Virus record (IMG/VR): IMGVR_UViG_3300036857_000203
Span: 8,436-72,435 of that record
Strand: one strand, 5' to 3'
Length of the DNA stretch: 64,000 bases
Origin: a virus
This document shows, in pieces, positions 17,148 to 25,969 of this stretch (its first letter is position 1; the number at the start of each line of letters is the position of its first letter). A program made the position numbers and the translations under genes. Under the pieces are notes generated by a model that searched no databases, had not been told where the DNA came from, and saw only the letters and a program-made list of their open reading frames with translations.

Positions 17148-17357
17148 ATGCACAAGCGGGAAGAGTCGGCGAACCTGAACGAGGGACTACGCGCCGCGAT
17201 CGACGCTTGCGGTTCGCGCTATGCCCTGGCCAAGCGGCTCGGCCTGACACCGGTAGCAGTGCTTGATTGGTGGCGCATCCCGGCGGACTTGGTGGTCGAG
17301 GTGGAGAGAGTATCGGGCGTGCCCCGCGAGAGGCTACGCCCGGAGCTGTACTACTAA
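17148..17357 (+). CDS. Cro/YdaS-like HTH regulator
   Basis: AIDACGSRYALAKRLGLT..AV..W.RIP...VERVSGVPRERLRPELY. Confidence 0.85.
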   Translation: MHKREESANLNEGLRAAIDACGSRYALAKRLGLTPVAVLDWWRIPADLVVEVERVSGVPRERLRPELYY

Positions 17358-17902
17358 CGCCCGCGCAGGAAGCGCTCAGCCTCGCGACCGGTGAGCGGCG
17401 GCTTGCGCAGCTTGCCGGTCAGCGCGGCTTGCTTGTGCTCCTCACGCACCCTACGCTTCTCCTTCTCCACGAGCCGCCTCTGCTCGACAGTGGGAGCTTT
17501 GTTGTGACTGTTAGCGACGGCGTAGGCCGCCTCAGCGACATCCTTGGCGAGAGGGCTCCGCTTGAGATAGGTGGGAATCTCAAGCTCATCCAGCTGACCA
17601 GCAAGTGGTTTGTCGCCGGGCTTCTCCTGCACGACGGGCGCGTCGTTAACGTCGCTCCGATCCTCGGCTACATGCACGGCTGGACCCGGCAGCGGGTCCT
17701 TCGCTACGCCCGCATCCGGCACTGGACGGCCACAGAGCTTTGAAGCTTGCCGCAGCCTAAGCCGGTCGAGCGTCTTGCGCAGACCAGGAAGCTTGACCTC
17801 GGCATTCACCAGGGCCGCGAGCGCGCCGTTGCGTTGCATCTCCAGGCGAGCGACTTGGGCACGCAGAAGGCGGATGTCTCTTTGGAGCTTTGTCTCTTTC
17901 AT
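17354..17902 (-). CDS. Hypothetical protein
   Basis: GAAAGG RBS, own promoter; LEIPTYLKR motif. Confidence 0.65.
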   Translation of the reverse strand: MKETKLQRDIRLLRAQVARLEMQRNGALAALVNAEVKLPGLRKTLDRLRLRQASKLCGRPVPDAGVAKDPLPGPAVHVAEDRSDVNDAPVVQEKPGDKPLAGQLDELEIPTYLKRSPLAKDVAEAAYAVANSHNKAPTVEQRRLVEKEKRRVREEHKQAALTGKLRKPPLTGREAERFLRGR

Positions 17903-17935
17903 GGTGTTACCTTTCATGTATCGCACTAGATAGGT

Positions 17936-17964
17936 AGTGTAGCACATCTGCAACACTATGTCAA
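17936..17964 (-). promoter_or_regulatory. Sigma70 promoter
   Basis: TTGACA-N17-TACACT with TG extension. Confidence 0.75.
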
Positions 17965-18077
17965 GATGGCAGATACCTATCTCAGTGGCATCTGACAGCC
18001 GCCCATTATTGCGATTACGCTGATGCAGATCGCCACCGCCAGGACGAGGATCGCCACCTCGCGCATGGTGTAATGCC

Positions 18078-18662
18078 TCATCGGCCAACCCTCTCTGAGG
18101 CCGGCACCCAATGCGTGAGTGGCCACGGCACATTGCGCTGATCAGGATGATCACCCGGCCATCCGTTGCAGTGCCCGATCTCGTGCCGCAGCAGCAGACC
18201 AGTGTTCCAGCCGCGCGTACGCATCACCTCGTCCTCGACCAAATAGATCACGCAGCTCTTAGCGTTGTGACGGGCGCATGCCAGCATCTTTGGATTATAG
18301 ACGTTGCATGCTGCGCGCAGCGCTTCGAACGTCGGCAGCATTATGATCGTCAGGTCGCCATCGTAGGGCTTGTCGTACTCAGGTGGCGGCAAGATCGGAT
18401 ACTGCGTCTGCGGCGGACGTGGTGCCGGCGCCAGATACCCCATGTCATTCGGATTGTGGGGTCGATTGTTGGTGGGCTGGAGATCAGCCTTGGGCGCCGG
18501 GGGCGGTATGGGCACGACCTTGGAGGGCAGCGGCACGATCTTGGGAGCGGCTGTGATGTTGTTCACGCGCTGGGGGTGGACCGGCGAACTGATGCTGATC
18601 ACCCCCAGCGTTATTGCCGCCAGAGCAAGCGCGAACCAAGCTAGCTGCTTGTCGGTGAACAT
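18078..18662 (-). CDS. Exported zincin-like metalloprotein
   Basis: N-terminal signal/TM, Pro-rich linker, HEIGHCNGWPGDH. Confidence 0.65.
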   Translation of the reverse strand: MFTDKQLAWFALALAAITLGVISISSPVHPQRVNNITAAPKIVPLPSKVVPIPPPAPKADLQPTNNRPHNPNDMGYLAPAPRPPQTQYPILPPPEYDKPYDGDLTIIMLPTFEALRAACNVYNPKMLACARHNAKSCVIYLVEDEVMRTRGWNTGLLLRHEIGHCNGWPGDHPDQRNVPWPLTHWVPASERVGR

Positions 18663-18836
18663 GTTGGACCTTTCATGCGTTACCTGTGAGGATTATCCCC
18701 ACAGCGATGACGACGATGACGACAAAGATAGTTGCGCGTATAGATGTTCCCGCCGAGAACATCTAATTCGGGCCGTTGTGTATGCGGTCGAATACCTGCC
18801 CCATTGTGTGGGTCTATGTGTTGAAGTGACGTCATT

Positions 18837-19052
18837 TCAGCCCAGCTGGCTCACGATCTGCTCGAACTTCCGCTCGCTGGTGGTGAGCCGCATGATCACC
18901 AGGAGCCGCAGCAAGCGTGCTGCAGGCTCTGGGATGGTGGCGCCCTCGGCGTAACGGTAGGGCGTACGACGCCCGAGACCGAGGACCTGGGCCATACGCA
19001 GATGCGTCCAGCCCAGGGTCTCTCGTGCATTACGGTATTCGCTCGTGGTCAT
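18837..19052 (-). CDS. XRE-type HTH protein
   Basis: YRNARETLGWTHLRMAQVLGLGRRTPYRYAEG..IP. Confidence 0.75.
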   Translation of the reverse strand: MTTSEYRNARETLGWTHLRMAQVLGLGRRTPYRYAEGATIPEPAARLLRLLVIMRLTTSERKFEQIVSQLG

Positions 19053-19060
19053 GGTCTCCT

Positions 19061-19255
19061 CTAATCTTCCATCAGTGCTGATCCAGGATCGACGTTGCCC
19101 TCGATGATGAAGCAGTCCTTGCGTGTCAGCGGCTTGCCGCCGTTGAACTCCAGGCTGATCGTTGAGCCTGGGAGCCAGACCTTGACCTCGCGGTCCAGGT
19201 CCTCGGGTTTGACTGCGTCGATGATCGTCCGCAGCTGTCGAGCGCTGAGGCTCAT
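19061..19255 (-). CDS. Hypothetical protein
   Basis: Coupled ORF in leftward operon. Confidence 0.6.
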   Translation of the reverse strand: MSLSARQLRTIIDAVKPEDLDREVKVWLPGSTISLEFNGGKPLTRKDCFIIEGNVDPGSALMED

Positions 19256-19512
19256 CGTCCTCTCTCCTTCAGAAACGCGATGGTGGCCGCAATCTCCGCA
19301 GCCCAGGCCTCCAGGTCGGCGATGGTGTGCGCGACGTTGGAATGCTGTCGCAGCGTCTCGGTGCGGATGTCCGCCAGCGAGAGCGGCAATGGCCTGTTCT
19401 CGGTGGGCTGCGATGGCGTCGGGACCGGCGGATCGCTCAGCAGCGGCCCGTGCTCCTGGATGGCGTCCTCCAGGGTGCTGATCTCACGCTTCTTGTGCTT
19501 GCGCTTCGCCAT
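19252..19512 (-). CDS. Hypothetical protein
   Basis: AAGGAG RBS. Confidence 0.6.
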   Translation of the reverse strand: MAKRKHKKREISTLEDAIQEHGPLLSDPPVPTPSQPTENRPLPLSLADIRTETLRQHSNVAHTIADLEAWAAEIAATIAFLKERGR

Positions 19513-20311
19513 GGTCTTGCTCCTTTCTGAGTTGGGTTGAGACATAGTCGTGGTGGTCGAACGGGATTACCGGAATGTTGTCGGCGAGCCCGTCCAGGTC
19601 GGGGCAGTCGCCGCCGATGTAGTTGGCGACCATGTGCCCGATGATCGCGCCCTGGTGGCGCTGGCGTAGCTGATAGGGCTTATCGGCGTCGGGCGGCAGC
19701 ACGGTGAGCACATCGAAGAAGCTGTAGGACCCCCCCTTGTGCCGCAGCACGCCCACGGCAGTCAGTTCGGTGTTGGCGAGGCTGATCGACGTGTTCCGGT
19801 GCTTCTCGCTCTCGCGCATGATCATGCCGGCGAAGCCGCACATGGCGACCATGCCGCCGGCCTCAAAGATGTCGAGCTTGCTGCGCTCGGCAATGCCGCC
19901 CAGGGCGTGCCAGGAGAAGAACGCGAGCTTGGTGCGCTGAGCACTGAGCTTGCCTCTGCGCTGTAGCCGCATGACATAGGTGCGCACCATCACGCCATGC
20001 TCGCGGCCCGGGACCAGCGGATGCTTGTCCACCTCCCAGGTGAGTAGCTCCACGATGGCAGAGCGCTTGCGCTTGAAGTGCCCGTTGACGAAGCAGCAGC
20101 GCTCGCCCTGGGCGGCCTTGAGGCGCTGCACGCCGGCCATGAACTGGTCGGCAGCTTGCCTGGGGCCGCCCGTGATCGAGCCCAGGAACTTCTCCATGGC
20201 CTGGGTCCAGAGCGTGCAGCCCGGGGTGAGTATGCCGGCGCCCATCATCTGGCGTTCAGCCAGATCGCGGGTGAGTTGCGCGATGAAGATGCGGCCGGCG
20301 GTGCTGATCAT
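19484..20311 (-). CDS. Hypothetical protein
   Basis: 275-aa ORF coupled to neighbours. Confidence 0.7.
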   Translation of the reverse strand: MISTAGRIFIAQLTRDLAERQMMGAGILTPGCTLWTQAMEKFLGSITGGPRQAADQFMAGVQRLKAAQGERCCFVNGHFKRKRSAIVELLTWEVDKHPLVPGREHGVMVRTYVMRLQRRGKLSAQRTKLAFFSWHALGGIAERSKLDIFEAGGMVAMCGFAGMIMRESEKHRNTSISLANTELTAVGVLRHKGGSYSFFDVLTVLPPDADKPYQLRQRHQGAIIGHMVANYIGGDCPDLDGLADNIPVIPFDHHDYVSTQLRKEQDHGEAQAQEA

Positions 20312-20772
20312 CGCAGCATCCCCATGAAGCGGCCCTGCATCGCGTCGTAATCGTTCATGTGTAGCGGCGAGAGCGTCGCCGGCCCACGCTCGGGGCGCAG
20401 GATGAAGAAGTTCCCAGAGAGCACGTTTCCCCAGCGATCCTCGGCATTGATTATCAGCACCTCGCGCCGGTCAGGGTGCTCGCTCGGGCGCGGTCCCTCT
20501 TTCGCTTCGGTCATCGTGTTCACCGTGGCAATCCAGGCCTCGCAGATGAAGGCTAAGCGCTTCACATGCTTTGCCTGGAACATCATGCGCAGCCCGCGCT
20601 GGGTGATGTCCTTCTCCTCGTCGCTCGACCAGGGTGTGGCGATCAAGACGTGCTCATCATTGCCATCGACGACATGCCACATCGGAAGAATCTCCCCGCT
20701 CTCGCCGAATATCCGCATGGCGTTCTCGGCAGCGTTGGCAAAGAAGTCTTCAAGCTCGGTCTTGGGGGTCAT
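20308..20772 (-). CDS. Hypothetical phage protein
   Basis: AFICEAW...RPSEHPDRREVL motif. Confidence 0.7.
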   Translation of the reverse strand: MTPKTELEDFFANAAENAMRIFGESGEILPMWHVVDGNDEHVLIATPWSSDEEKDITQRGLRMMFQAKHVKRLAFICEAWIATVNTMTEAKEGPRPSEHPDRREVLIINAEDRWGNVLSGNFFILRPERGPATLSPLHMNDYDAMQGRFMGMLR

Positions 20773-20804
20773 GTCTCGCGTCCCTTCATGTTCTCCGGTA
20801 ATCA

Positions 20805-20842
20805 CGCCCGCCCCGGAAGCTCCTCAGCAAACAGGGCGGGCG
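20805..20842. terminator. GC-rich hairpin, possible terminator or processing site
   Basis: cgcccgccc / gggcgggcg inverted repeat, 20-nt loop, intergenic, no U-tract. Confidence 0.3.
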
Positions 20843-20868
20843 CTTATCCGCTGGGAGCGGTCGGGGGA

Positions 20869-21090
20869 CTATTCCCCAGCGGCATCTGGCGGCAGGAGCC
20901 TGCCATCGACGTACCGGTAATTGACCGGGTCGTCGCTCTCTACGACGCGGGTCTCGCGCACCATCATCCAGCGCATGGAGAGGTCGAAGACGTTCTGCTC
21001 GGCCTCCTCGCGAGTGGCGAATCGCAGTGCGTTGCCGCACCATTGCCCAGAGTTGTCGGCGATCACTTCGGGGGCGTAGCTCTTGGGCAT
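20869..21090 (-). CDS. Hypothetical phage protein
   Basis: GQWCGNALRFATREEAE...VVESDDPVNY. Confidence 0.7.
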   Translation of the reverse strand: MPKSYAPEVIADNSGQWCGNALRFATREEAEQNVFDLSMRWMMVRETRVVESDDPVNYRYVDGRLLPPDAAGE

Positions 21091-21091
21091 G

Positions 21092-21370
21092 TCAGTCTTT
21101 CCTTTCATGGTCTGGGTTGGGGTCCTTGGCTTCACTGTCAAACACCATTGCCGCTGCCTCCAGGAACTTCTTCTTGTTCTCCTGGTGTGCGCCATGCACC
21201 TGCACGACGATCATGGCGGCGGCCTTGAGAAACATCGCGATAAGACATGAGAAGACATCGCGCCGCCGGCCAGCAATCTCAAATGCCTGAGTCGTGTCCT
21301 TGATCAGGTGATAGAGCTTGCCCTCGGCATAGCCCTGCAGGTCCTGCTGGAGTTGGGTGAGCGGCATCAC
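21092..21370 (-). CDS. Hypothetical protein
   Basis: Coupled ORF. Confidence 0.55.
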   Translation of the reverse strand: MMPLTQLQQDLQGYAEGKLYHLIKDTTQAFEIAGRRRDVFSCLIAMFLKAAAMIVVQVHGAHQENKKKFLEAAAMVFDSEAKDPNPDHERKD

Positions 21371-21639
21371 ACGGGCTCCTTCTGCCAGATGCCCTGGGCA
21401 ATGCAGGCAATCTGAAGCTCGCGTTCAAACGCCTTCACGACACGCTTGAAGGTGGCCTTCGTCGGGTCGCAATGGCGGGTGCGGCTCCAGGTGCCGCTGC
21501 TTACGCTGTATTCCCATTGGCTCCATTCCCAGGCGGGATGCGCGGCTACGCGGGTGCGCTTCACCCGATATTGCTGATCGCCCACGACAATGTCGTAGCG
21601 CTCGGTGACGTTTCTCCAATCAATGGCTGGCTTGGTCAT
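21367..21639 (-). CDS. Hypothetical protein
   Basis: CATGAAAGGAAC leader. Confidence 0.6.
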   Translation of the reverse strand: MTKPAIDWRNVTERYDIVVGDQQYRVKRTRVAAHPAWEWSQWEYSVSSGTWSRTRHCDPTKATFKRVVKAFERELQIACIAQGIWQKEPV

Positions 21640-21848
21640 GTTTCAGTTCCTTTCATGGGTTCACGGCGGATAATTTCGGCGCGCTGGCACTCCCAGCCGC
21701 GTTCGTCCGCGACAGCGCCGGCCACTGCCAGGGCGGTGGCATCGTCAGTGGCGTTCACGGTGAGGCTCTGAGGATCGAAGACATCCAGCGAGCCCTCGGG
21801 GCGGACGTGGACGAGGAGGAGATAGCGGGTCATGGGTTTAGTGGTCAT
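21636..21848 (-). CDS. Hypothetical protein
   Basis: Coupled ORF. Confidence 0.55.
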   Translation of the reverse strand: MTTKPMTRYLLLVHVRPEGSLDVFDPQSLTVNATDDATALAVAGAVADERGWECQRAEIIRREPMKGTET

Positions 21849-22182
21849 GGTGCCAAGTCACTTTGCCGCCATGACCAACGTGGGCGTGCATGCCGGCGTG
21901 GGTGTTGGGAGCGCGACCCGCTAAGGCCTGAGCTTGACGAACGAGTTCAATGAACATTGGCGACCCGGTCTTGGCCAAGATTCTGAACGAGCACGCATCC
22001 GACACGCCGTCCTTGCTCGTGTCCTCCCAGCCGGCGAAGGCGGGCGCGCCGGTTGCGGGATCGATCACGAGGCGGATGCGCCCAGCAGCGAGCCCCTGGG
22101 CGAGGCGGGTGACCGCCTCGCGTACTTCCTTGGCGCGCTCCTGGATGGTCTGGCGCGGACGCAGTTTCGTGTCGCATGCCAT
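21838..22182 (-). CDS. AAA-module small protein, His-rich C-terminus
   Basis: GAGGAGGG RBS; ends HAGMHAHVGHGGKVTWHHDH. Confidence 0.7.
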   Translation of the reverse strand: MACDTKLRPRQTIQERAKEVREAVTRLAQGLAAGRIRLVIDPATGAPAFAGWEDTSKDGVSDACSFRILAKTGSPMFIELVRQAQALAGRAPNTHAGMHAHVGHGGKVTWHHDH

Positions 22183-22192
22183 AGTGCCCTCC

Positions 22193-22975
22193 TCACAGGT
22201 CCAGCTGGCGCGGCGTAGCGCTGTAGCCCTCGAAGGGCAGATCATCGTCCAGGTCCACGCCCCGGCCCTCGCCCTCGCTTGCCTCGACCGGGGCGGCGTC
22301 GTCCAGGTCCAGGAACGAGATGCGGGCTTCCTCCAGGCGCTGGATGGCGACGTTGTCCACCTCAACGGCAGCGCCCTCGCCGGCCTTGACGATGTCGCGG
22401 GCAACCTTCCTGGCCACCTCGATGGCCTTGCTCACGCGCTCGCTGGCGTTGGGTTCCAGCATCTTGCCCAGGGTGCGGGCTTCGTTGGCGGCCTTGCGGA
22501 TGGCCTGGGGATCGAGGTTCTTGACGCCATCGCGCATGGCGTCGACGAAGTCGCGCACCTGTTCGTTGATGGCGCGCACCGCCTCTACGTCATCGGCACT
22601 CACGCGGCCGATCATCACAGTGACGCCCACGTAGGTCCAGGTCGCGGTGGCGTTGAAGTCCTCGGCAAGCTGGCGCGCCTCGCGCACCGCCTGACGAAGC
22701 CTCTCCTCGCGCTCGGTCGGGCACATCAGGCCGAAGTCGCCGGCCTTGACGCAAGCCGACTGAATCTTGGAGCGGGCAGCGGAGCGGACCTTGGAGGCGC
22801 GAGCTTGCTCGGCGGGGTCCTTGGTGGTGCGCTCGGTTTCCCAACGGGCGCGGCCCTCACCCTCGGCAGTGATATGATCCTGCTCAAGCTCCAGGGTCTT
22901 GTACTTGACGTTGCCCTTGACGGTGGTGCGGGCGCGCACCAGCAGGCCGGGGCGGAGGGTTGCGATATCAGACAT
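22193..22975 (-). CDS. AAA-module partner (DUF3150-like)
   Basis: 260-aa mostly helical ORF downstream of the AAA gene; family call tentative. Confidence 0.6.
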   Translation of the reverse strand: MSDIATLRPGLLVRARTTVKGNVKYKTLELEQDHITAEGEGRARWETERTTKDPAEQARASKVRSAARSKIQSACVKAGDFGLMCPTEREERLRQAVREARQLAEDFNATATWTYVGVTVMIGRVSADDVEAVRAINEQVRDFVDAMRDGVKNLDPQAIRKAANEARTLGKMLEPNASERVSKAIEVARKVARDIVKAGEGAAVEVDNVAIQRLEEARISFLDLDDAAPVEASEGEGRGVDLDDDLPFEGYSATPRQLDL

Positions 22976-23016
22976 CGTGGGTTCCTTTCACCGGGTTGGA
23001 GTAACCCGTGCCACGT

Positions 23017-23046
23017 GTATATGTCACCGTGGCACGGTCTTGTCAA
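23017..23046 (-). promoter_or_regulatory. Promoter with palindromic operator (copy 1)
   Basis: TTGACA-N17-CATATA with TGTCACCGTGGCA (plus strand) in the spacer. Confidence 0.6.
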
Positions 23047-23052
23047 TACATG

Positions 23053-24675
23053 TCATGCTAAGTCTAGCGCACGCTCGGTAGAGAACGCCGGACGCTCGGC
23101 GTCGGGGGTGGTGGCGAGACGAGCGCGCTTGCTCCAGGTGCGCAGGCGCTTGACTTGGTCGGCCATGCTGTCCACCAGCGGCACGACCTTGCTGGCGGCG
23201 TTGAGGATGTCGGTGGCTGCGAGCGCACGCTGACCATCGGTGAAGCTCGCGAACAACGCCTCCTGCACGAGGTTGGCGACCTCTGCCGCCGTGAAGGTGT
23301 CGGTGGCTTTGACGATGGCCGCCGTGTCCTCGGTGCTGAACGGCTGGCGCTTGAACTTGGCCAGGGTGACGTTGAGCACTTCGGCGCGCTCGCGCGCAGT
23401 CGGAACGTCCAGGAACCACATCTCATCCCAGCGCCCCTTGCGGAGAAGCTCGACGGGGAGCCGGTCAGGGTCATTGGCCGTTGCCAGGATGAAGGCCTCG
23501 GACTTGCGGTCATTCATCCAGCTGAGCAACACCGCGAGTTTGTCTGCGGCCACGCCGCCGTCACCGGCAGGACCCGCGCCACCGGAGAGGGTCTTGTCCA
23601 CCTCATCGAGCCAGAGCACGCACGGCCCCAGGGCATCGACGGTGTCGAGCATGGCGCGGATATTCTGCTCGCTCTCGCCCAAGAACTTGCTGCCGGTCGC
23701 GCCCAGGTCGCCTTGGACGAGCGGGCATAGCCATGACGTGGCGAGGGCTTGGGCAGTGAAAGTCTTGCCGCTGCCGGGAATGCCCACGAGCAAGCAGCCC
23801 TTGGGGCGCTGGATGCCGTAGGCACGAGCCTCGGGGCTCCAGGCGAGCTTGCGCTGGACAAGCCAGGGCTTCAGGGCATCGAGCCCGCCCACCGCGTCCA
23901 AGCCGCCAGGGAGCGGCTCAACCCAGCGCAGCATGCCGTTGGAGGCGATGATGCGCTTCTTCTCCTCACTGATCACCGCTGGCTCGATGGCGCGGCTTTG
24001 CACGATGCTCTTGGCGAAGCAGCCTTCGGCCTGCGGGCCGGTGAGGCCGACAGCGGCGTCCACGATGGCTTCGCGCTTGCCGTTGAGCGGCTGCACCTTG
24101 CCAGGGTTCTGCCGGATGGCAGTGGCAATGGCCACATCGGCCATGCGGCCAAGCTCTTCACGGTCGGGCAATGGCCACTCCACCGTGACGGCGTCGTTGG
24201 CAACATCACTCGGAACCTTGGCCCCAGGCGCAAGCACGATGACGCTGGTGCCGGTGGCGGGCAGGGTGCGGGAGAGATTGCGCAGCCAGCGGGTGACGGT
24301 GACACCCGGGCCGCCATCGCACCACTTGTGCAGATCGCGGAGAATCCAGACCTCCTTGCCGCCGTCACGGGAACGCTCGCTGATCTTCTTGAGCAGGCTC
24401 ACCGCATCGATGGGGGCGTTTGCCCCACCCTGGAGGGCGGCTGCGATGGGGTCGGTGGAGGCATCGTTGCCCATGCCGGCGACGGGATTGCCGCCCACAT
24501 CGGTGGCACCCTCGGCGCAATCCCAGAAGAACGGCATGTAGCCCGCGCTCTTGGCGGCTTCGATCAGGCATAACTCGATCCGCCTCTCCTCGCGGGAGTT
24601 GACCCAGAGCACGCCGTTGCGTGCCTTGATCAGTGATGCGACATCAGCGCCCTGGACTTGAGACTTGGTCGGCAT
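23053..24675 (-). CDS. Ycf46-like AAA+ ATPase
   Basis: VGGLDALK, Walker A GIPGSGKT, Walker B LWLDEVDK, ATANDPDRLPVELLRKGRWDE; degenerate N-terminal AAA domain. Confidence 0.9.
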   Translation of the reverse strand: MPTKSQVQGADVASLIKARNGVLWVNSREERRIELCLIEAAKSAGYMPFFWDCAEGATDVGGNPVAGMGNDASTDPIAAALQGGANAPIDAVSLLKKISERSRDGGKEVWILRDLHKWCDGGPGVTVTRWLRNLSRTLPATGTSVIVLAPGAKVPSDVANDAVTVEWPLPDREELGRMADVAIATAIRQNPGKVQPLNGKREAIVDAAVGLTGPQAEGCFAKSIVQSRAIEPAVISEEKKRIIASNGMLRWVEPLPGGLDAVGGLDALKPWLVQRKLAWSPEARAYGIQRPKGCLLVGIPGSGKTFTAQALATSWLCPLVQGDLGATGSKFLGESEQNIRAMLDTVDALGPCVLWLDEVDKTLSGGAGPAGDGGVAADKLAVLLSWMNDRKSEAFILATANDPDRLPVELLRKGRWDEMWFLDVPTARERAEVLNVTLAKFKRQPFSTEDTAAIVKATDTFTAAEVANLVQEALFASFTDGQRALAATDILNAASKVVPLVDSMADQVKRLRTWSKRARLATTPDAERPAFSTERALDLA

Positions 24676-24708
24676 AGGAGGATTACCTTTCATGGGTTAC
24701 GGGAATAC

Positions 24709-24738
24709 GTATATGCCACGGTGGCATCCTGGTTTCAA
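24709..24738 (-). promoter_or_regulatory. Promoter with palindromic operator (copy 2)
   Basis: TTGAAA-N17-CATATA with TGCCACGGTGGCA in the spacer; same spacing as copy 1. Confidence 0.6.
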
Positions 24739-24881
24739 GCCCCACGGCGAAAGATTACATTGATCACAGCGAGCGCGGCTATTACGACGACAACGGTGCC
24801 TGCTGTGGTCTGTAAGCTGTAGCCGTTCCAAAGCGTAATTGCCGCCACAATAATCACGGTTGCCCAGTTATCGCTGGTCAT
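24735..24881 (-). CDS. Small membrane protein
   Basis: 48 aa, two hydrophobic stretches. Confidence 0.55.
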   Translation of the reverse strand: MTSDNWATVIIVAAITLWNGYSLQTTAGTVVVVIAALAVINVIFRRGA

Positions 24882-25081
24882 GACGCGCACCCCTCGCACA
24901 CGACTTGGACGTGGCGCACGCTCGCCTTGGGAAACTTGGCCTGAAGCTCGGCCCGCACGAGGTGGGCTGGGGCATCGGCGTGGAACGGCAGCGGATAGGT
25001 GCCGGCGGGATAGGCGCCGCCCTCGGGGAAGGTGGCGGTCCAGCAATGGCCTGGGCGGTTGGGCTTGATGACGATGGTCAT
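24878..25081 (-). CDS. Hypothetical protein
   Basis: CATGAAAGGAAC leader. Confidence 0.6.
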   Translation of the reverse strand: MTIVIKPNRPGHCWTATFPEGGAYPAGTYPLPFHADAPAHLVRAELQAKFPKASVRHVQVVCEGCAS

Positions 25082-25116
25082 TGTCAGGTTCCTTTCATGC
25101 GTGTATAGCGGTTGAT

Positions 25117-25181
25117 GGCAAGGCAAGGCGCGGCAGGGCACGGCCCGGCGATACAGGGCTGGGCCCGGCACGGCGCGCCTC
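25117..25181 (+). ncRNA. Orphan GGY-NN pentamer unit (putative guide RNA), antisense to the surrounding operon
   Basis: ggcaa ggcaa ggcgc ggcag ggcac ggccc ggcga tacag ggctg ggccc ggcac ggcgc gcctc; intergenic. Confidence 0.75.
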
Positions 25182-25190
25182 GGGGGGGGG

Positions 25191-25901
25191 TCATGCCCCC
25201 TCCCCAATATCGAGCTTGTCTTCACCCCAGGGCAGGCCATAGCGGACGGCGCAGGCCTTGCCGTAGCCTACTGCGAGGCTCTTCTTGGCGGTGGGGCTGT
25301 CGCCGCCCAGGGCAAGGTTGCAGAACACGCAGCGGCCGGTGAGCGTGGCGCTCTCCTTGGCGACCTTGGCCGGCTCGCAGGCGAACTCACGCAGGCGCTT
25401 GGCGATGGCCTCGGTGCGACCGTTGGCAACGCGCGCCGGCTGATACTGCCCATCGACCGTTACGCGGCCCAGCCACACGCGGCGCGGGCCCCAGTCGCCT
25501 TCCTCGAAGACGTCATTGTCCTTCACATCGATGCTGCCGGGGACCTTCGCCTTGGCGCTGGCGATCGAGAGGCGAACGACGGTGTCGGCCTCGGGGACGG
25601 CCAGGGTGATGGCGGGCTTCTTGAGGCTGACCTTGGCGCGGTCGAACAACTGCAACACGCCGCCCAGGTCGCCAACGGCTTGAATGGCCTGCGCGGGCTT
25701 GGCCTGGGGCGCTAGCGACCAGACCTGATCGCCGTAGCGGTTCTTGCCCTGGTAGGTACCCAGGGTGACTTCCTGGGTGCGGCCGTCGCGCTTGTAGACG
25801 ATGACGGTGCCACCGGGCTCGGCGTTGGCGGCCTTGTCCTCGGGGATGCGAACGCCCCAGGTGGTGGCGTCGAGCTTCACGTAGGAGGTCGGGAAAGACA
25901 T
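25191..25901 (-). CDS. DUF6011-type Zn-finger domain protein
   Basis: GRCVFCNLAL...SLAVGYGKACA; CATGAAAGG leader. Confidence 0.75.
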   Translation of the reverse strand: MSFPTSYVKLDATTWGVRIPEDKAANAEPGGTVIVYKRDGRTQEVTLGTYQGKNRYGDQVWSLAPQAKPAQAIQAVGDLGGVLQLFDRAKVSLKKPAITLAVPEADTVVRLSIASAKAKVPGSIDVKDNDVFEEGDWGPRRVWLGRVTVDGQYQPARVANGRTEAIAKRLREFACEPAKVAKESATLTGRCVFCNLALGGDSPTAKKSLAVGYGKACAVRYGLPWGEDKLDIGEGA

Positions 25902-25940
25902 GTTCAGTGGCCTTTCATGGGTGAGAGCGACAACGGGATA

Positions 25941-25969
25941 CACGTATAGCACCGCAATGCATCTGTCAA
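25941..25969 (-). promoter_or_regulatory. Sigma70-like promoter at head of leftward early block
   Basis: TTGACA followed 15-17 nt later by TATACGTG. Confidence 0.55.
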
